NCBI GenBank assembly: GCA_001687465.1
Contig: LVLI01000101.1
Coordinates: 124,001 to 188,000, forward strand
Source of the DNA: Halocafeteria seosinensis
Taxonomy: Eukaryota
Direction of reading: 5' to 3'
Length of the DNA: 64,000 nucleotides
Below the pieces are notes generated by a model that saw only the letters and a program-made list of their open reading frames with translations, was not told where the DNA came from and made no database searches. The translations under genes and the position numbers were made by a program. This document shows, one piece after another, positions 37,337-50,999 of this stretch. The first letter of the stretch is position 1; each line of letters starts with the position of its first letter.

Positions 37337-40263
37337 TTACTGCTTGGAATAGTACAACCTATGACGCGGCATACCAAGGGCGGGATGCGACGGCATTCGC
37401 CCAGCATTGGAGCGTTGTAGCATCATCGGGTTGACGCCGTAGTTAGCAAAGTATGGATTCCACTGAGAAGGATTTACGGGATGAGATTGGTACGCACTCT
37501 GAGGAGGCATTCCCGAGCTCACTCCTGGAAAACCGCTTGGAGGAGGTGGCTGGTAAGACATCCCTGGATACATCACTTGACCTTGAGGAGCACCTGATTG
37601 TTGCTGATAGGGAGTGGCCGAAGGGACATATGGTGCAGGTTGAGATTGATTGCCGTAGAACTGATACGGTTGTTGCACGCCTACTGCCTGTGGCATACTG
37701 GACGGGGCATTCGGAGGACCTTGCGCTTGGTAGTAATATTGAGGCACAGTACTCGCACCATTGACAGCCTGTGGAGCACACCACGTCTGAGAGTTCATTT
37801 GATTACTCACTCCCTGCATGCTTGTCTGGGCTTGTTGCTGCCCAGAAACGTGAGGATATTGAAGGCCAGGTGTATTGCTTGTCAAAGGGCCAGAGGCAAC
37901 CACGGGAGCGCTTCCCGGTTGCGAAGAGTGCGCCATGACTCCACCCGTGGGCATTGGCTGAGAAAAGCCCGTATAAGTCATAGGCTGCTGCACGTAACTT
38001 GGATACGTATATCCAGTATGAGGCGCGGAGTAGGCCCCGCTGGTCTGATACGGATACGGCACCGGTTGCGACGGGGCAACAGGTACTTGAGTCACAGTTG
38101 GCACGGTCGAGGCAGTTGATTCACTACCCTTAGACGACGGTTGGAATCTCTGTTCTCTTTGTTTTTTCTGCTGGTCCAAGGAAGGGAGTTTCCAAATTTC
38201 TTCCATTTCACGTTCTTGCTCTGCGGTCATCGTTGTGGCCGATGACTCGCCAGCGCTTGTTGCTGCTTCGCTGCTCGTGCCAACGTTCTCACTGTTCTGG
38301 ACAGATGTCTGCGTCGTGCTAGTTTGGGTTTTCCCGGTTAGTTGTTGAATGTAGCGCAAATAATCGGCATCTTGTGTCTCGTCTGCTTCCACTTCCTCTA
38401 AGTTCCGCCCTTTCCGAATAGCTTCCTCCCTTTTGGCAGCACCTTCTCCTACTGTTTGAAGAACCTGTGTAGCGACGCAGCAAAAAGGAGTACAGTTAAA
38501 CCCTCACTGTGCCTACAACATGGTTAAAAACTGCTTACCTTCTCCAGGTCTGCTGCGGTATCATAGTTCATATTCTTCACTTCGGTCGCAATCAATTGAT
38601 CTTGCTGCCTAAATGTTCCGTTAATGATAGCAAGGTCCTTCATCTGTTGTTGGCGCCATTCATCGTCCTCGTCTCGGGGTTCCAGTAGCCGCTCAATCAA
38701 GGTGGCACATGCTTCAACATCTTCTTCGTTATCACCTGCGAGCAGCAAAGCGTTAGCTTGGCTAGCCACACGTCGATCCGCGCAACAATCAACGTACCTT
38801 GTATCCAGACATGCAGATCGTCGTCGCTCCCTTCCTGAGGTTGAAGTTTCCCTTCTTTATTGGCACCACGTCCCCGAACTGATATCTTGCAGTTGCTCTC
38901 TGTCTCTAATTTCTTCTGAGTCTGTCCGCGAGGGCCAATAATAATTCCCATAAAATTGTATTCGGGGTACTCATCAACGGGAATGTAGATCTTCCGAGTA
39001 ACCTTCTCCTTTTTGCCAAGAAGTCCTTGGTCATACAAACTCTTCATTGCGGGATTTAACCCTACAAGCTCACGCGTCAGTTCCGATTTCCGATCCATAA
39101 ATTGTTCCTTCATACGCTGCTCTAATTTATTAGTCCGACGGCCCATTGAGTCGTATTGAGGAGCAGGAGAAGGAGGTCGTTTAGGATTGTGTCGCTCAGC
39201 CGCCGCCAATGCATCAACATGGTCGATCCTGCAGCCAAAAAACGGACGCAAACACGTGAGGAATGATGGTTTACATACGAGATAGTTGTCTAGCTTACTT
39301 CCAATTGAGGCTTTGCAATTCTTTCGTAATTTCCAATTGACGAGTTCTGGAATCTTGTTGAGTTGATTGAGAGTGATTTCCTCCTCCGAAAGTAGCTGAA
39401 GATGTCTCGTCTCCCAAGACAGCTCCAAGATTCGATAAACCAAGGTTGTTGGCTACACCATGTTTTTGCGCCTTTTCTAGAACGCCTTGCAACCCGTCTT
39501 TTCCACAAATTCGATCGACTTTATCTTGCACTTCTTGTATAGCTGCCGAACCTTTGGACAAAACTTCACCCACGTTGGTGTCCGCGGCGAGTTTTTGTAG
39601 CTTCCAAATTTGTTGCTCGACTTCCTTGCGCTCTTCAACCTCCGGATCAACGCTCCATCTGTTCTTCTTCCGCTTTTTCCCTGTGGTTTTTGTCGTCGTA
39701 TCTGTAGTACCAGTTGTGGTTGTTTGAGTTTCGGTTATCGTTTGACCACCATTTTCTGTTTCCGGAGATGTGTCTTCAGTGTCCTTGTCCCATCTCCTCC
39801 GTTTGCGTCGGCGTTTCTCTTTTTCGGCAGCCGTCTCCCCTTTCGAAGTTTCTGTCTGATTCTGCTCCTTTGCTGAAACCTCAGAGGTAGCAGAAGTAGT
39901 TGCACTGCTTTCAGTGCTCTCGGTGGCGGAGTGCTGTATAGTCTGCTCCGTCATCTTGTCACTCCTGGTACCACTCGTACTGGCCTCCTGTTGTGTCTTT
40001 TTGAGGGCTGAATCCAACGCTTCCTGATCAGACATACCCTCCAGATGGTTTAGGTAGGCCTTCATCACTACCCTCTCATGCTCCCACGTTAAAAAATCCT
40101 GCCAAAACATGGGAAAGGAGCCGAAATTTTCACCCAGTATGGTCGAGTTTTTGTACCATTTCTTCATCGAGGGAAAGCTTCGTTGGATAATTTCCTCCCG
40201 CTCGCGGAAGGCCTCTTTCTGTGTCTCGCGGATATTGTTATCCTTGTACGCTCCTGCCGACAT
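37337..40263 (-). CDS. SF1: Splicing factor 1 / branchpoint-bridging protein
   Basis: ULM-like KRKKNRW, RPPSPAPQYDSMGRRTN, KH domain YPEYNFMGIIIGPRGQTQKKLE..KISVRGRG, DDLHV, QUA2 QMKDLAIINGTFR, Pro/Gln-rich tail. Confidence 0.92.
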
Positions 40264-40885
40264 TTTAAGCGTGTTGTAGCTCTTTATCGCGTTCTAAACC
40301 CAACAATTCCTCTGACCCCAGCTTCAACAAATCCCTTTTGTCGCCTTCTACAGCCTTCCTACTTGAATTATAAGCGATGTGTCAGAGATTTTACACATGA
40401 TTCAATATCATATACCGACCTATCGATCACGCGGGATTCTATAGTACCATTTTCAGCTTAGTGCTTCTAAATGTGTCTCGAACCGTACAAACAAAAGTTC
40501 GCGTTCATTGACTTGTTGGGACCTTTTTTGTCGCTCTAGGGTGTCCCCTGGTGGTCTTCCCTCGCAGCTGTCAGTACTCCGTCAAAATCTTGAAGTGTCC
40601 AAGGTTCCAAGCGCGCTTGTCGGTACAGGTTTGGCCCATTCACAGGTGTCATACGGAGGAGAAGAGTCAGAGACGAGAGCGTATATTGATACACAAGGGG
40701 GATTACATGCATTGTCTTCTGGAAACGAATTGTATCGTGTATATATGATCAAAGTGGTGGATTAACAGCCACAAGGTAAGTAGACCTTTACAGTGTCCCC
40801 TGGGGCTCTTCCAAGCACTCTCAACCATGTCATACGGAACAATGGATCCTGCAGATAGTAGAGATACTCCTGATACAGACCGAGA

Positions 40886-41738
40886 ATGCCTAAAAATAAG
40901 CAACGAACGGAGAATAACGCTGGTGGGAAAGGCGCACAGGGGGATGAAGAAGCGCATGAAAGTATAAAATGCACTGTCGTGGGGGACGGTGCCGTTGGTA
41001 AAACGTCACTTTTGATAAGTTATACAAGGGATGCGTTTCCGTACGACCACGTCCCGACAGGTAAGCTGGGCGAATTTAGATGCTACTTAGTCGGTGGGAC
41101 CCGTTTATCTTGATACCTTCCTCTTTTGCAGTCTTTGATACATACACAGCGGATGTTGTAGTCAATGGAAAAGTTATAGAGATAAGTCTTTGGGACACAG
41201 GTACGTATTGATGTACTTTTGCGCTAGGTGGGCGGTATCTTTTCATAATGGTTAGGGTGTACGGAATTGCAGCTGGACAGCAGGAACTGGACACATTACG
41301 TCCAATGGCATACCCGGGAACAGATATCTTTTTAGTGTGTTGCGCTGTTAATAAGTAAGTTGTACTAACAGGGGATTTTTTGAAGCACATTCCAGTAATA
41401 TTTAACCGACGTTCTGTACCTGAATCAGCCGCGAATCGTTTGACAATGTGAAACACAAATGGTACGAGGAGGTTGCGAATGAGGACAGCCAAGTGCCTAT
41501 CATGGTCGTAGGAACAAAGTCTGATATCCGCAATGAAGAGGCTGGCTCTGACGAAGACTTTGTGTCATATAATGAAGCCTCGGAGCTCGCGAAAAATCTA
41601 GGAGCTGTAGGATACAAGGAATGCTCAGCCTTGACCCAAGATGGCTTGAAAGAAGTGTTCGATACAGCTTTTACTCATGTCTTAGATCGTAGACATACCC
41701 CAGCGAAAAAACCCAAGAAAAAATGTGCCATCCTCTGA
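40886..41738 (+). CDS. Rho-family small GTPase (Rac/Cdc42-like)
   Basis: [50 protein letters not shown], polybasic region plus CAAX (KKKCAIL). Confidence 0.96.
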
Positions 41739-42231
41739 GCTTTTCTGAGCTTTAGGTTGTGTCCCTGTTTCTCTCGAAGCAAGTGAGGGCTGCGCCGTAG
41801 GATTGGTCGATTGGTCGGGTTTAGCTAATGTGAATCAACAACGTAAAAGTCATTTCCCGGATGTATGTTGTACTCTTTCAGAACACATTTTAGGTTGTGC
41901 CATGCCAGCATACATATATTATGTTCAAGCTCGAGGGCACTGAGACTGATCCCTTCAAAGCGTCATTATAGTTGACTTGCTTTGCTGGCCGAGCATGCCT
42001 TTGTGAAGTTACGTTGTGAGGTCCTTTCTCGTGTGCAATGCGCATACCGCTTGCATAAGGAATCCGGCGCATGCATAGTTTTCCTTCTTATTGCTTCCCC
42101 TGTATGTGTCACATTACACCACATGATTGGGTGGTTTGCTGTATAAAAGTTGGTTTGTGGAAACTTCAACTATCCTCAACGTTCTTTGCCGTTTACGTGG
42201 TGTTTCAGCGATAACTTCAGCGATTACAAGG

Positions 42232-44016
42232 ATGCAGCATCGTGCGACGCAGCATGAGGTGCCTCAAAATCTGCGTGACCGGCATCCGTATGATTCTGAG
42301 CAACACGTTGATACGTTTGACCTCAATAAACCGCGTGTGCGACACGCATATGGGGAACGAGCGGCGCCTAAACTCTTGGATGTCTTGGCAAACCTCGAGG
42401 CCGCGGATGAAGAGGTTCTGGACGCATTAGCAATACTCATAAAGAACGGGTCGAACCAGGAAAATGCGACGAAAATGATAAACGACGGAGCGGTGGAAGT
42501 GGCAATGGACGCCTTATCGCATGAAAATCCGCAGATTCGAGCAGCGGTAGCCAAACTATTCACCCATTTATCCAAGCACTGGTCAGCCAGAGAACGCATG
42601 GCCGAGAGGTCCACAATTGCTGTTTTGGCGCGGCTCTGTGGGGAAGATGAACCGGAAGTGGAAGTGCAGCAGAACTGTGCGATGGCTCTTGCTGCCTATT
42701 GTCAAACTATTGACGGCTGGCAGTTCTTAGCTGAGAATGAGGCAGTGTTTCCACAGCTTGCCCATGCGTTGCAGTTCAACCCCTCCACAATACATCCCCT
42801 CGCTTATGCTACCTCCCACTTCAAAGATGGGGCGTCTGTTTTTATTAGGAATGGTAAGAAGAAATCGCCTTGCAGATTTAGTAAGGGCTGGTGGACAGTA
42901 TATTTTACCGCAGGTGGAGTCTCTCATCTGGTCGCTCTTGCTAAACGGCTTACGGACGAGTGGGAAGAAAGATTGGTAACGGAAAATAGTTCTAGACAAA
43001 TGTGTTCCATCTCCTTTGACGAGCTAACCGACACTGTTGCTACAATGCGAGGTGTAGCCGTTGATGACTCAGGGAAATCGGAACTCGTATCCGAGGGAGC
43101 AGTGCCTATCTTGATATCTCTTCACAGACACCATAATGCCAGTGTTCGGATGCCAGTATCCGGTACATTTCCGCTTCTTGCCGCTGTAGAGCTATCCTCC
43201 TTGACAGCTTTTTGCGACTGTGGCTCTGTAGGAGTACGCACTCTCGTGAGCTCTCTGACGGACTCAAGCCATGAAATTCGGCGGAATGTGAGAACGGCAA
43301 TATCATATCTTAGCGCTAACTCGGACAATAAGCAACGCTTTGTTTTCGAACTTATTCTGCAAGGTTCGTTACACGTTGCACAAACGATCTATTAATTTCA
43401 GCTCACTTCGGATGCCGTCTGCTGCAGGACACGTCGGTGAACTAATTGAGGTGTATGGGGGCAGTGCATGTGACGGCGTTTGTGTGTGTCTCTCCTTCCC
43501 CGGCGCTCACAAAATCAGGTAAGGTCCAAATTTACTTGTCGTTATTAGTTAAGTGCGTAGTTGAGATATGTCTGGTACAGAAAAAAGGCTCTAGAGGTTA
43601 TACATCGTTTGACAGAAAGCAAGAAAGAAATCGATTCGGTAGCAAACGCTTTGCACATACTTCCCCGACTTATTGGAGCTATTGTTGCTGCTTCGGATGG
43701 AGGGTCCGTGCCTGCTGTTGGGACTCCAACAGTGTCTGTAGCAGAGACTACACGCTTTAGCGTCGAGGAGTATCAACAAGATTCTCATATTTCGGAGGTA
43801 GCTGACTTTTCTTCGGAGGTGGATCAAGCAATGGCTGCTCAGGGATGTGAGGCGTTATATAGGTTGTGTGCACAGTTCGGAGATTGTCGTGATACAGTGA
43901 TAAATGTTCTGCGAACAAATGCGTCTGATGAACATGAAGAAGAGCAAGCAGTGGCAAGCCGATTTACCAACGTGGCAACTCTTCATTCACAATTATGCAA
44001 ACTCTTGGAAATATGA
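42232..44016 (+). CDS. Armadillo-repeat protein, radial spoke RSPH14/RTDR1-like
   Basis: N-terminal RHAYGERAAPKL resembles the RSP14 AYGxRAxPKL motif; ARM repeats (GAVPILISL, VRTLVSSLTD); multi-exon. Confidence 0.7.
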
Positions 44017-44139
44017 CGTCATATGCATAGGAAACGCCTCAACTATTAATGAGTCAACCTGCCCTACACGGATCTATCGAAGTAGCTATGCTAATTGGGA
44101 CCACCAACATGATTCTGAGCTCTATGGAATCGGTATCAT

Positions 44140-46175
44140 TTACTGAGACAATGGTGTTTTTGGAGAAACTATTTGTGAGGTGGGTTTCGAAGTTACAGTC
44201 GCACCACTCACACCATCATCCCGCATAGGATCGCATGCTACTTTAAGAATGCAGCTTTGGTCTTCCTCCTTGATATCGTATGAGCAAATTTCGTTTTTCT
44301 CCTCTTCAGAGGCTCCTGGAGACAGTGTTTTTGGTTGCATTGTTACCCTCGAACCATCTTCAGACACCCGGATCCAGCTGAATGCACTTGTACCTTCCGT
44401 ACCTCCGATATAATAAGTTTGGGCTTTTATCGTGTTCCCAACTTGAGGCTCACCTTCGATCCAAACTTCCCGAAACGTGGGAGGGGCAGCTTCAACAGGG
44501 CCAATAACTTGAGTACACACTTCAGTTCCCTCTGATTTCACTACAGCCATTAAGTACCTTCCCACATCTTGTCTCCTCAACATGTACACGGCTGGATCCT
44601 CAACCGCTTCTTCAGTCTCAGCACAAAGAAGACCAAGTGATGCTGTACTTTGTTGGAGAACATCAGCCTTAGGTGGGTCACCGTACTTTGCCGCTAAGGC
44701 TCCCACGGCATGATTCACGTTTCCTTGACTCGGATCAATGTGCATGTGCTTTAGCGCTTCTATAACCCAATGAGCTTCGAGATGCGCCGAGTCTAGCTCT
44801 GCGTGCTGAGACTTAATTTCTTCGTAAACCTTGTACACGTCGGTAACGTGTGAGTCTTGCAGCTTAGGTATAGGGGGAATCCCAAACAACTTGTTAATAT
44901 TGGGTAATTTTGCTGCTGTTTCTGCGCCATCTTCTGGAAGGGACAATTCCCTAGCGATTGGCATTCCGTAGTCTAACCTGAGGTCATCGATTCTGCTAAA
45001 CCACAAGCCGGTCCTGTCATCGAACCGGGTATGTTGAGCAGCCTCTGTTGAGTCATCTGCTTGATGAACTGTCACTTGCTCGGTCTCATCCTCACTATGG
45101 GGTAGCTCCTCGTCTACTAAGGAACGATACCACTCAAAAGTGAGTTCCTGTTTCGAGCTTACGCCTGTGTTGAAGCATATGATCCCGATCCGATTGAGTT
45201 CCCGAACGGAGCCTTGTGCAGTGCATACTTGGCGTTTGCGATCGCACCATTTTGTATGGAAATGAGGAAGCACAAAGAGCCGAGCAGATTTTTCTGAAGG
45301 AATCACTCTATTCTTTGGGCTTACAGGATCGCGCACTGGACCATGATGGTCAAAAATTTGGGGCGCAGTTTCTTGCTCTTTGGCTGTTGCCTCTCGAAGC
45401 AGAACTGAACCAGCAAATTCATGAGAATGTTTGTCGTCCATCAAGGGAACCTCTATTACATCATTCGTGGAATTTACCCACTCGGGTAATAGTACCCCTT
45501 GTGCAATCAGAATGCCTTGAGCACTCACCAGAAACAATGCCATAGCCTGCAAAATTGAAGTAGATTCTGGCTGTAATCTCACATCCATTCAATACCAGCA
45601 ACACATACACTATGCTCTTTAGTAGCTAATTCAGCTACCTGATTGATAGAAGAGAGCGATCTGAAATCGAAAAACGACTTATCCGCGACGTGCCACTTCG
45701 TTTGGTCTCTCAAATTCGTTACGGCTCTCCCAATTTTCGACAGGCTCGTATCTTCTAGAGTTGATCCCCGAGGACCAGGTTTTCCTTCAGGAAAAGCTTG
45801 AGATAGCGCATTTCTCATGCTCTCCCTAACTGATGAGGCTGCTGGATCCAATGTGACGAAAATCAATCTGAGACTGCCATCATGTTGTATGCCTTTGACT
45901 TGGTCCACAAATACGTAAAGTGCATTCCTTCCCATTTGTTTCGAGGCTCTTTTTCGCTTGTCCTGCTCATTCCCACCGCCATCTCCTCCATCTCCACCTC
46001 CTTTTCTATCGTCTGAACCTCCCTTATCTCCATTGTGGCGGCTGTAATCGTCGTCCCGCCTCCTCCCTTTTCCCTGGTTGGAGTACTCCTGAGGGGCCCC
46101 ATTGTTGCTTTTACGTTTGCCAAACAATTTCGAGGGGGTTCCACCTGCCCCCATGCCACACATACAATTACCCAT
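44140..46175 (-). CDS. N-acylated protein with a C2-like region and AIR9-type (A9) Ig-like repeats
   Basis: Start MGNCMCG; intron gtatgt..ttgcag joins two ORFs; C-terminal IEGEPQVGNTIKAQTYYIGGTEGTSAFSWIR...YDIKEEDQSCILKVACDPMRDDGVSG is an A9 repeat, preceded by a split repeat (FEWYRS...YMLRRQDVGRYL). Confidence 0.75.
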
Positions 46176-46849
46176 GGTCGTGATGAGAGGAATCGAACTA
46201 CTAGTATATGCTAGAAGAGCACCTAGAGAGCGCGGTAGAGTGTGTTCCCGAAAATGATCCAATGTCACGGGGCCAAGCTCGGACATAACAACACCAATTT
46301 CACGAAGAAGAAGAACCGGAACCAATCTACCCTAACAGGACTATGTGCATTCTTAGTTTTCATGTCCTTTACCGAGACCTAACAAACCGAAGTTTGACAC
46401 TGCAATGGCAGTCACACTGATGCGTCGGTTTGATGAAAATTCGAGAGCCTCAGATGCCGCACTTCCAAGTACGTAGGTTCAAACGAAACTATTCAGCTAC
46501 AATCGTTCAACGCTATCGCTTGGATTTTAGTGCTACACTTTAACCGAAGACGGTATACAAATTTGGGCTACGTCTGTTACGGGTCCTGGGCTCTTCGCGA
46601 CTGTGGGCACTAATCCAACAACCGTACCCATAGTCATGCATAGTGAGCCTTCCACTACATGGTACGCCTTTGCAGGGAATCTCATTGTGATCAAAAACCC
46701 GATCTGATATAGTAAGGGTAGAAATTGAATTCTCACATGAAATGCTATACTAAACAAAACTGCAAAGAAGCTACGCTGTACAACCTACCCGCACCAATCG
46801 CTCGAGTACATTGGTGATACACAGTTCCGTCTTCTTTCATCAGAGACCA

Positions 46850-48238
46850 TTACTCCCAAAAGTTCTCTTCCAATCCACTGGACACGCTCTGAAATGACGC
46901 GCTGGCTACAGCAGTGGATGGTACAGTTTGTTGGTCCCCGCCTATCTCGTGTAGATAGTGTTCGGCGTAGAGATAATTTTCGAACTCCGGTGAACCCTGG
47001 AAACTTGCAACACTAGGCACAGCTGTGCCTGGAACTGTCTGTTTATCTTTGACGGCCTCATTCACTAGCGTCATCCCACCATCCTCTTCGAACAGGCTTG
47101 CTGTAACTCTCGTTGCGCTACTACAACACTGCAATTCCTCGTTTACCGGCACACTGGGACCCAATGATGACCAAGGGCTGGGTAGGACCGGCAATGTCAG
47201 CTCTTCTTGGGAGGACAGGGTCAGTTGAGTGTCTACGTATTCGTGAGATCTTTTCACCTTGTAGTGTCCCTCTGCATTTTCAGTGAAATAGCCAGACTCG
47301 AATCGACTCGACGCTGTCAGTTCGTGATCTCCTTGGTTGCTGTATGCCACAGGTTCCTGTTTCTGCTTCTTGAGCCTGTGTCGCGACCGACCTCTGTGCC
47401 TATCAACATTGGATATATTTTCTTCTCCACCTGCAGCTGTCCGATTGCTGCGCATCTCTGTGTCGTTACTCGTCACTTGAGATGTCGAAATTAGTCCACT
47501 TGAGCAGGACGCTACCATAGGAGCTTCCTCATTTAAGTATTCAGGGGAAACGAAGTTGGCATCGCTTTCTAGATCATTCGTCTCTTTTCGCGAGCTGTCC
47601 ATATCAGAGGAAAAGAATCGGAGCATTTCTCCCGCCTCTGGATTCCTGTTGCCATGGACTCTGCGGAATTTCCGCAATGCGCTGTGATAGGAATTCTTCA
47701 ACACAAGGGATGTCCTGTAGCCAAGAATTCAATTCAGACAATGTGGAAAGCTTAAATTCTTCATAGTCGACCAGTTAATTGAATTCTTACCGTCCTGGGA
47801 AATGTCGTGAAATGGCAACCCACTTGTTGCCCATCTCTTCTCGATGTCGCAGGAGGCTGAGTAGTTCATCTTTGCTCAAAGCACCATGTCGGATGTGAGG
47901 GTCCAGTACATGCATATAACTGCATAAAAAGAGATATATTACATCTAAATTCCGCAATCATTAATTAATCAGTATCACAATTTCTTCCTTACCGCTCGCG
48001 AATCTGTACACAAGTCCGCCATGGTAGGTGTTGTTGAATGCGTATCCAGGAAAGTGCGGTGCTATGGGGCAACTCGCCAAAATACTCCAGCCGCACTGCC
48101 TCTAGAAGGCGGTGGTCTTCCTGCATACATTAACCACGATACATTTCCGTTGTGGCCAAGAGATGTGCTGCATTCTACACTTACTTGCTGCGTCCACTTT
48201 CTGGATTTTTTCTGCCTGAACTGACTATCTTCAACCAT
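46850..48238 (-). CDS. R2R3-MYB transcription factor, copy 1
   Basis: Four exons: RKWTQQ|EDHRLL...SWIRIQQHLPWRTCVQIRER|YMHVLDPHIRHGALSKDE..MGNKWVAISRHFPGR|TSLVLKNSYHS. Confidence 0.88.
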
Positions 48239-48747
48239 GACCAGAACTTGTCAAATGTAGCTTCCTGCTCATAAACCCAGGGAAGCACACAATGAATACG
48301 AGAGTAAATCGTTTCTGCTAACTGAATTACTTACTCCGGTATCATACACTGTTGGAATTGCCGGGACTCCAAGGGAAGGGTTAGTTACCTTGAAGTAACC
48401 GCGCTCGTGTTACAAGAGTCGTGTACGATGTATGTTTCGGCAGCGTAACCGGTACGCCTCTTCACTACTTGTCTTTTTCTCCCTAATTAGCCATTATTTA
48501 GATTGTCAATTATCCGTAATTTTCTTGTGTCTAATCAATCCTTGGTGAATAATGACTCTATAAAGAACAAGAGGCATTCTTGTATGGTGTCTGGAGTCGT
48601 TCCAGACAGCCAGGTAGCCAGTGCACTCCCGTCAGAACACGCGAACAGCTATGCAGCTGCATATAGCCCTGCCATAGCAAAGTGTACGATGGAATACAAG
48701 ACCTGCATTACAATCCATTCTTTGTACGCTTGAAAGCTACACTATAT

Positions 48748-49510
48748 AGGTTACGGAGTGTTACACGAGACGTTACGCGAATGGGTAGGGCGCAGAGCGG
48801 GTAGAGAGAAAGCACTGAGAAATATTACTGGCGCCCTAGGTTAGCGCCGTCGTCTCTTAGGGACAGAAGGAGTAAAGGGTCTCTATTTGGTGCTATTGCA
48901 TTCCCTACTGGCTCCTCGTAGGTTGGCCTGCTGCGTTTTTCGTGTTGTAGGCTCCTGGGCAGCCGATGCGTAACGGACCACTTTGGATAAACCTACACAC
49001 ACTTAACTGTTTGCTGGAAAGAATTGATTACTGTTGCCTAGAGAATACATGCTAGCCAGAATGGTGAGCGTGCTGTGAGCCGTTGCAGGTTTGGGAGTAT
49101 GTGAACTCCATTGAGGAGGCACGCAGTTAGGAAACGAGAATATCATACCGGTACAACTGTATATTAGCGCATCAATACGATCAATTACACCTAGCTACCT
49201 GTTCAATTCTAGTAGCGCACGTAAGCTTGTGGTACACTCTATCTTTCATGCTATGGCTTCTTGCATGCTGTGGTTTCAGGTGACCGATGATGAGCGTACT
49301 GGTACATGCTATTTGACTGTAGTTGGGGTACATGTGAACTTTATGCAATAAACAAAACGGAAACAGTCACGCAAAGGGAATACTCACCATTAGATCAGTT
49401 AGCCATTCACTTTCAGCATCTAGGTCAAAGATAGGACCTATTAGCGGCACTGCGTTCGCGTTCCAGTGGTCGCCCTCAGACTTCCGGACGTTGTCAGTCT
49501 GCATCCTTTT
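48748..49510. repeat. Segmental duplicate of 52417-53230 (MYB 3' end and downstream flank)
   Basis: Collinear, diverged match, e.g. cgccgtcgtc(t/c)cttaggga, acacacacttaactgttt, gcaataaac(a/g)aaacggaa, agccattca(c/t)tttcag. Confidence 0.85.
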
Positions 49511-50706
49511 TGTTGCTGTATGCCAAAGGCTCCTGTTTCCGTTTTTTGCGTCTGTGCTGCGACTGATCTCCGTGCCTTTCAGCATTGGATATATGATCTT
49601 CTTCACATGCAGCTATCTCTGTGTCGTTTCTCGTCACTGGAGATGTCGAAGTTTGTCCACTTGAGCAGGACGCTACCAAAGGAGCCATCTCATTTGAGTA
49701 CACAGGGGAAACGAAATTGGCATCGCTTTCTATCGCATTTGCTCCTTTTCTGCTACATATCTCTGTGTCCACTTGAGATGTCGAAGTCTGTCCGCTTTGC
49801 ACCTGCAGCTGTCCGACTGCTGCACATTTCTGTGTCGTTACTTGTCACCTGAGATGTCGCAGTTTGCCCGCTTGCATCTGCAGCTGTCCGACTGCTGCAC
49901 ATCTCTGAGTCGTTACTCGTTACTTGAGATGTCGAAGTTAGTCCACTTGAGCAGGACGTTACAATAGGAACCGCCTCATTTGAGTACGCAGGGGAAACGA
50001 CATCGGCATTGCTTTCTACCACATTTGCTCCTTTCCGCGTTGAGCTGTCCATCTCAGAGGAAAAGAATCGGAGCATTCCTCCCGCCTCTGGGTCTCTGTT
50101 GTCATGGGCTCTGCGGAATTCCCGCAACACGCTGAGATACACACACACAAATTTGCTGAGATAGGAACTCCTCAGCTTACTGGGTGTCCTGTAGCGCCCA
50201 AATGTCAGGCAACTTAGAAAGATCTCTTTCCTGTATGACGATTCAGTTGGATTCTTACCGTCCTGGGAGATATCGTGAAATGACAGCCCACTTGTTGCCC
50301 ATCTTTTCTCGACGCCGAATCAGATTGAGTACTTCATCTTTGCTCAAAGCACCATGTCGGATGTGAGGGTCCAGTACATGCGCATAACTGGACAAAAGTG
50401 ATATATTCTAACTAAACTGTGCACCCATTAATTAATCAGTTTCGAAATTTTCTTTCTTACCGCCACTGAATCTGTGTACTACTCCGTAATGGTAGGTATT
50501 CTTGAAGGCGTACCCAGGAGAGTGAGGTGCTATGCGGCAACTCGCCAAAATGCTCACGCCGCACTACCTCTAGAAGGTAGCGGTCTTCCTGTGTACAGTA
50601 GTGGTGATATACTCCGAATGTGGATATGTGGTGCGCAGCATAGCGCACTTACTTGCTTTGTCTACCTCTTGAGTTTTTTCTGGCTGGGCCGACTGTCTTC
50701 AGCCAT
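49367..50706 (-). pseudogene. R2R3-MYB pseudogene, copy 2 (chimeric)
   Basis: Same exon layout as copy 1, but the first MYB Trp is TAG (50662-50664); last exon has frameshifts and internal duplications. Confidence 0.82.
49610..50045. repeat. Internal tandem duplications in MYB copy 2 (~60-bp units and a ~140-bp duplicated block)
   Basis: Recurrent ctgtgtcgttactcgtcacttgagatgtcg / gcagctgtccgactgctgcacat units; 49620-49750 repeats 49905-50035. Confidence 0.85.
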
Positions 50707-50999
50707 GACGTGTCCCTTCCTGCTCATACAGAACACAGAAAAACGAACAATGACCATGAGAATATATCGTCTCTGCTAACTGAATTACGTACTTCGGTAT
50801 ATATTGGATGTTGTGATGCCACACGCCGACCAGCGCTCCTTTACCCCATCAACAAGGGTTGGAACAACCTGGAACTTCCAAGTAACTCGGTGCTAGGCAT
50901 TACGCCTTTCCCAGCGCATCTTCTTCTCTCAAATCAACCACCATACAACGTGCCATTTATTTGTAATGTCATGTGTATAATCGATTCTTGGCGGATGAC

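Noticed and set aside
49610..50045. Regular repeats that could be mistaken for a CRISPR array
   Set aside because: They are coding-derived tandem duplications without unique spacers, in a eukaryotic context with no cas genes
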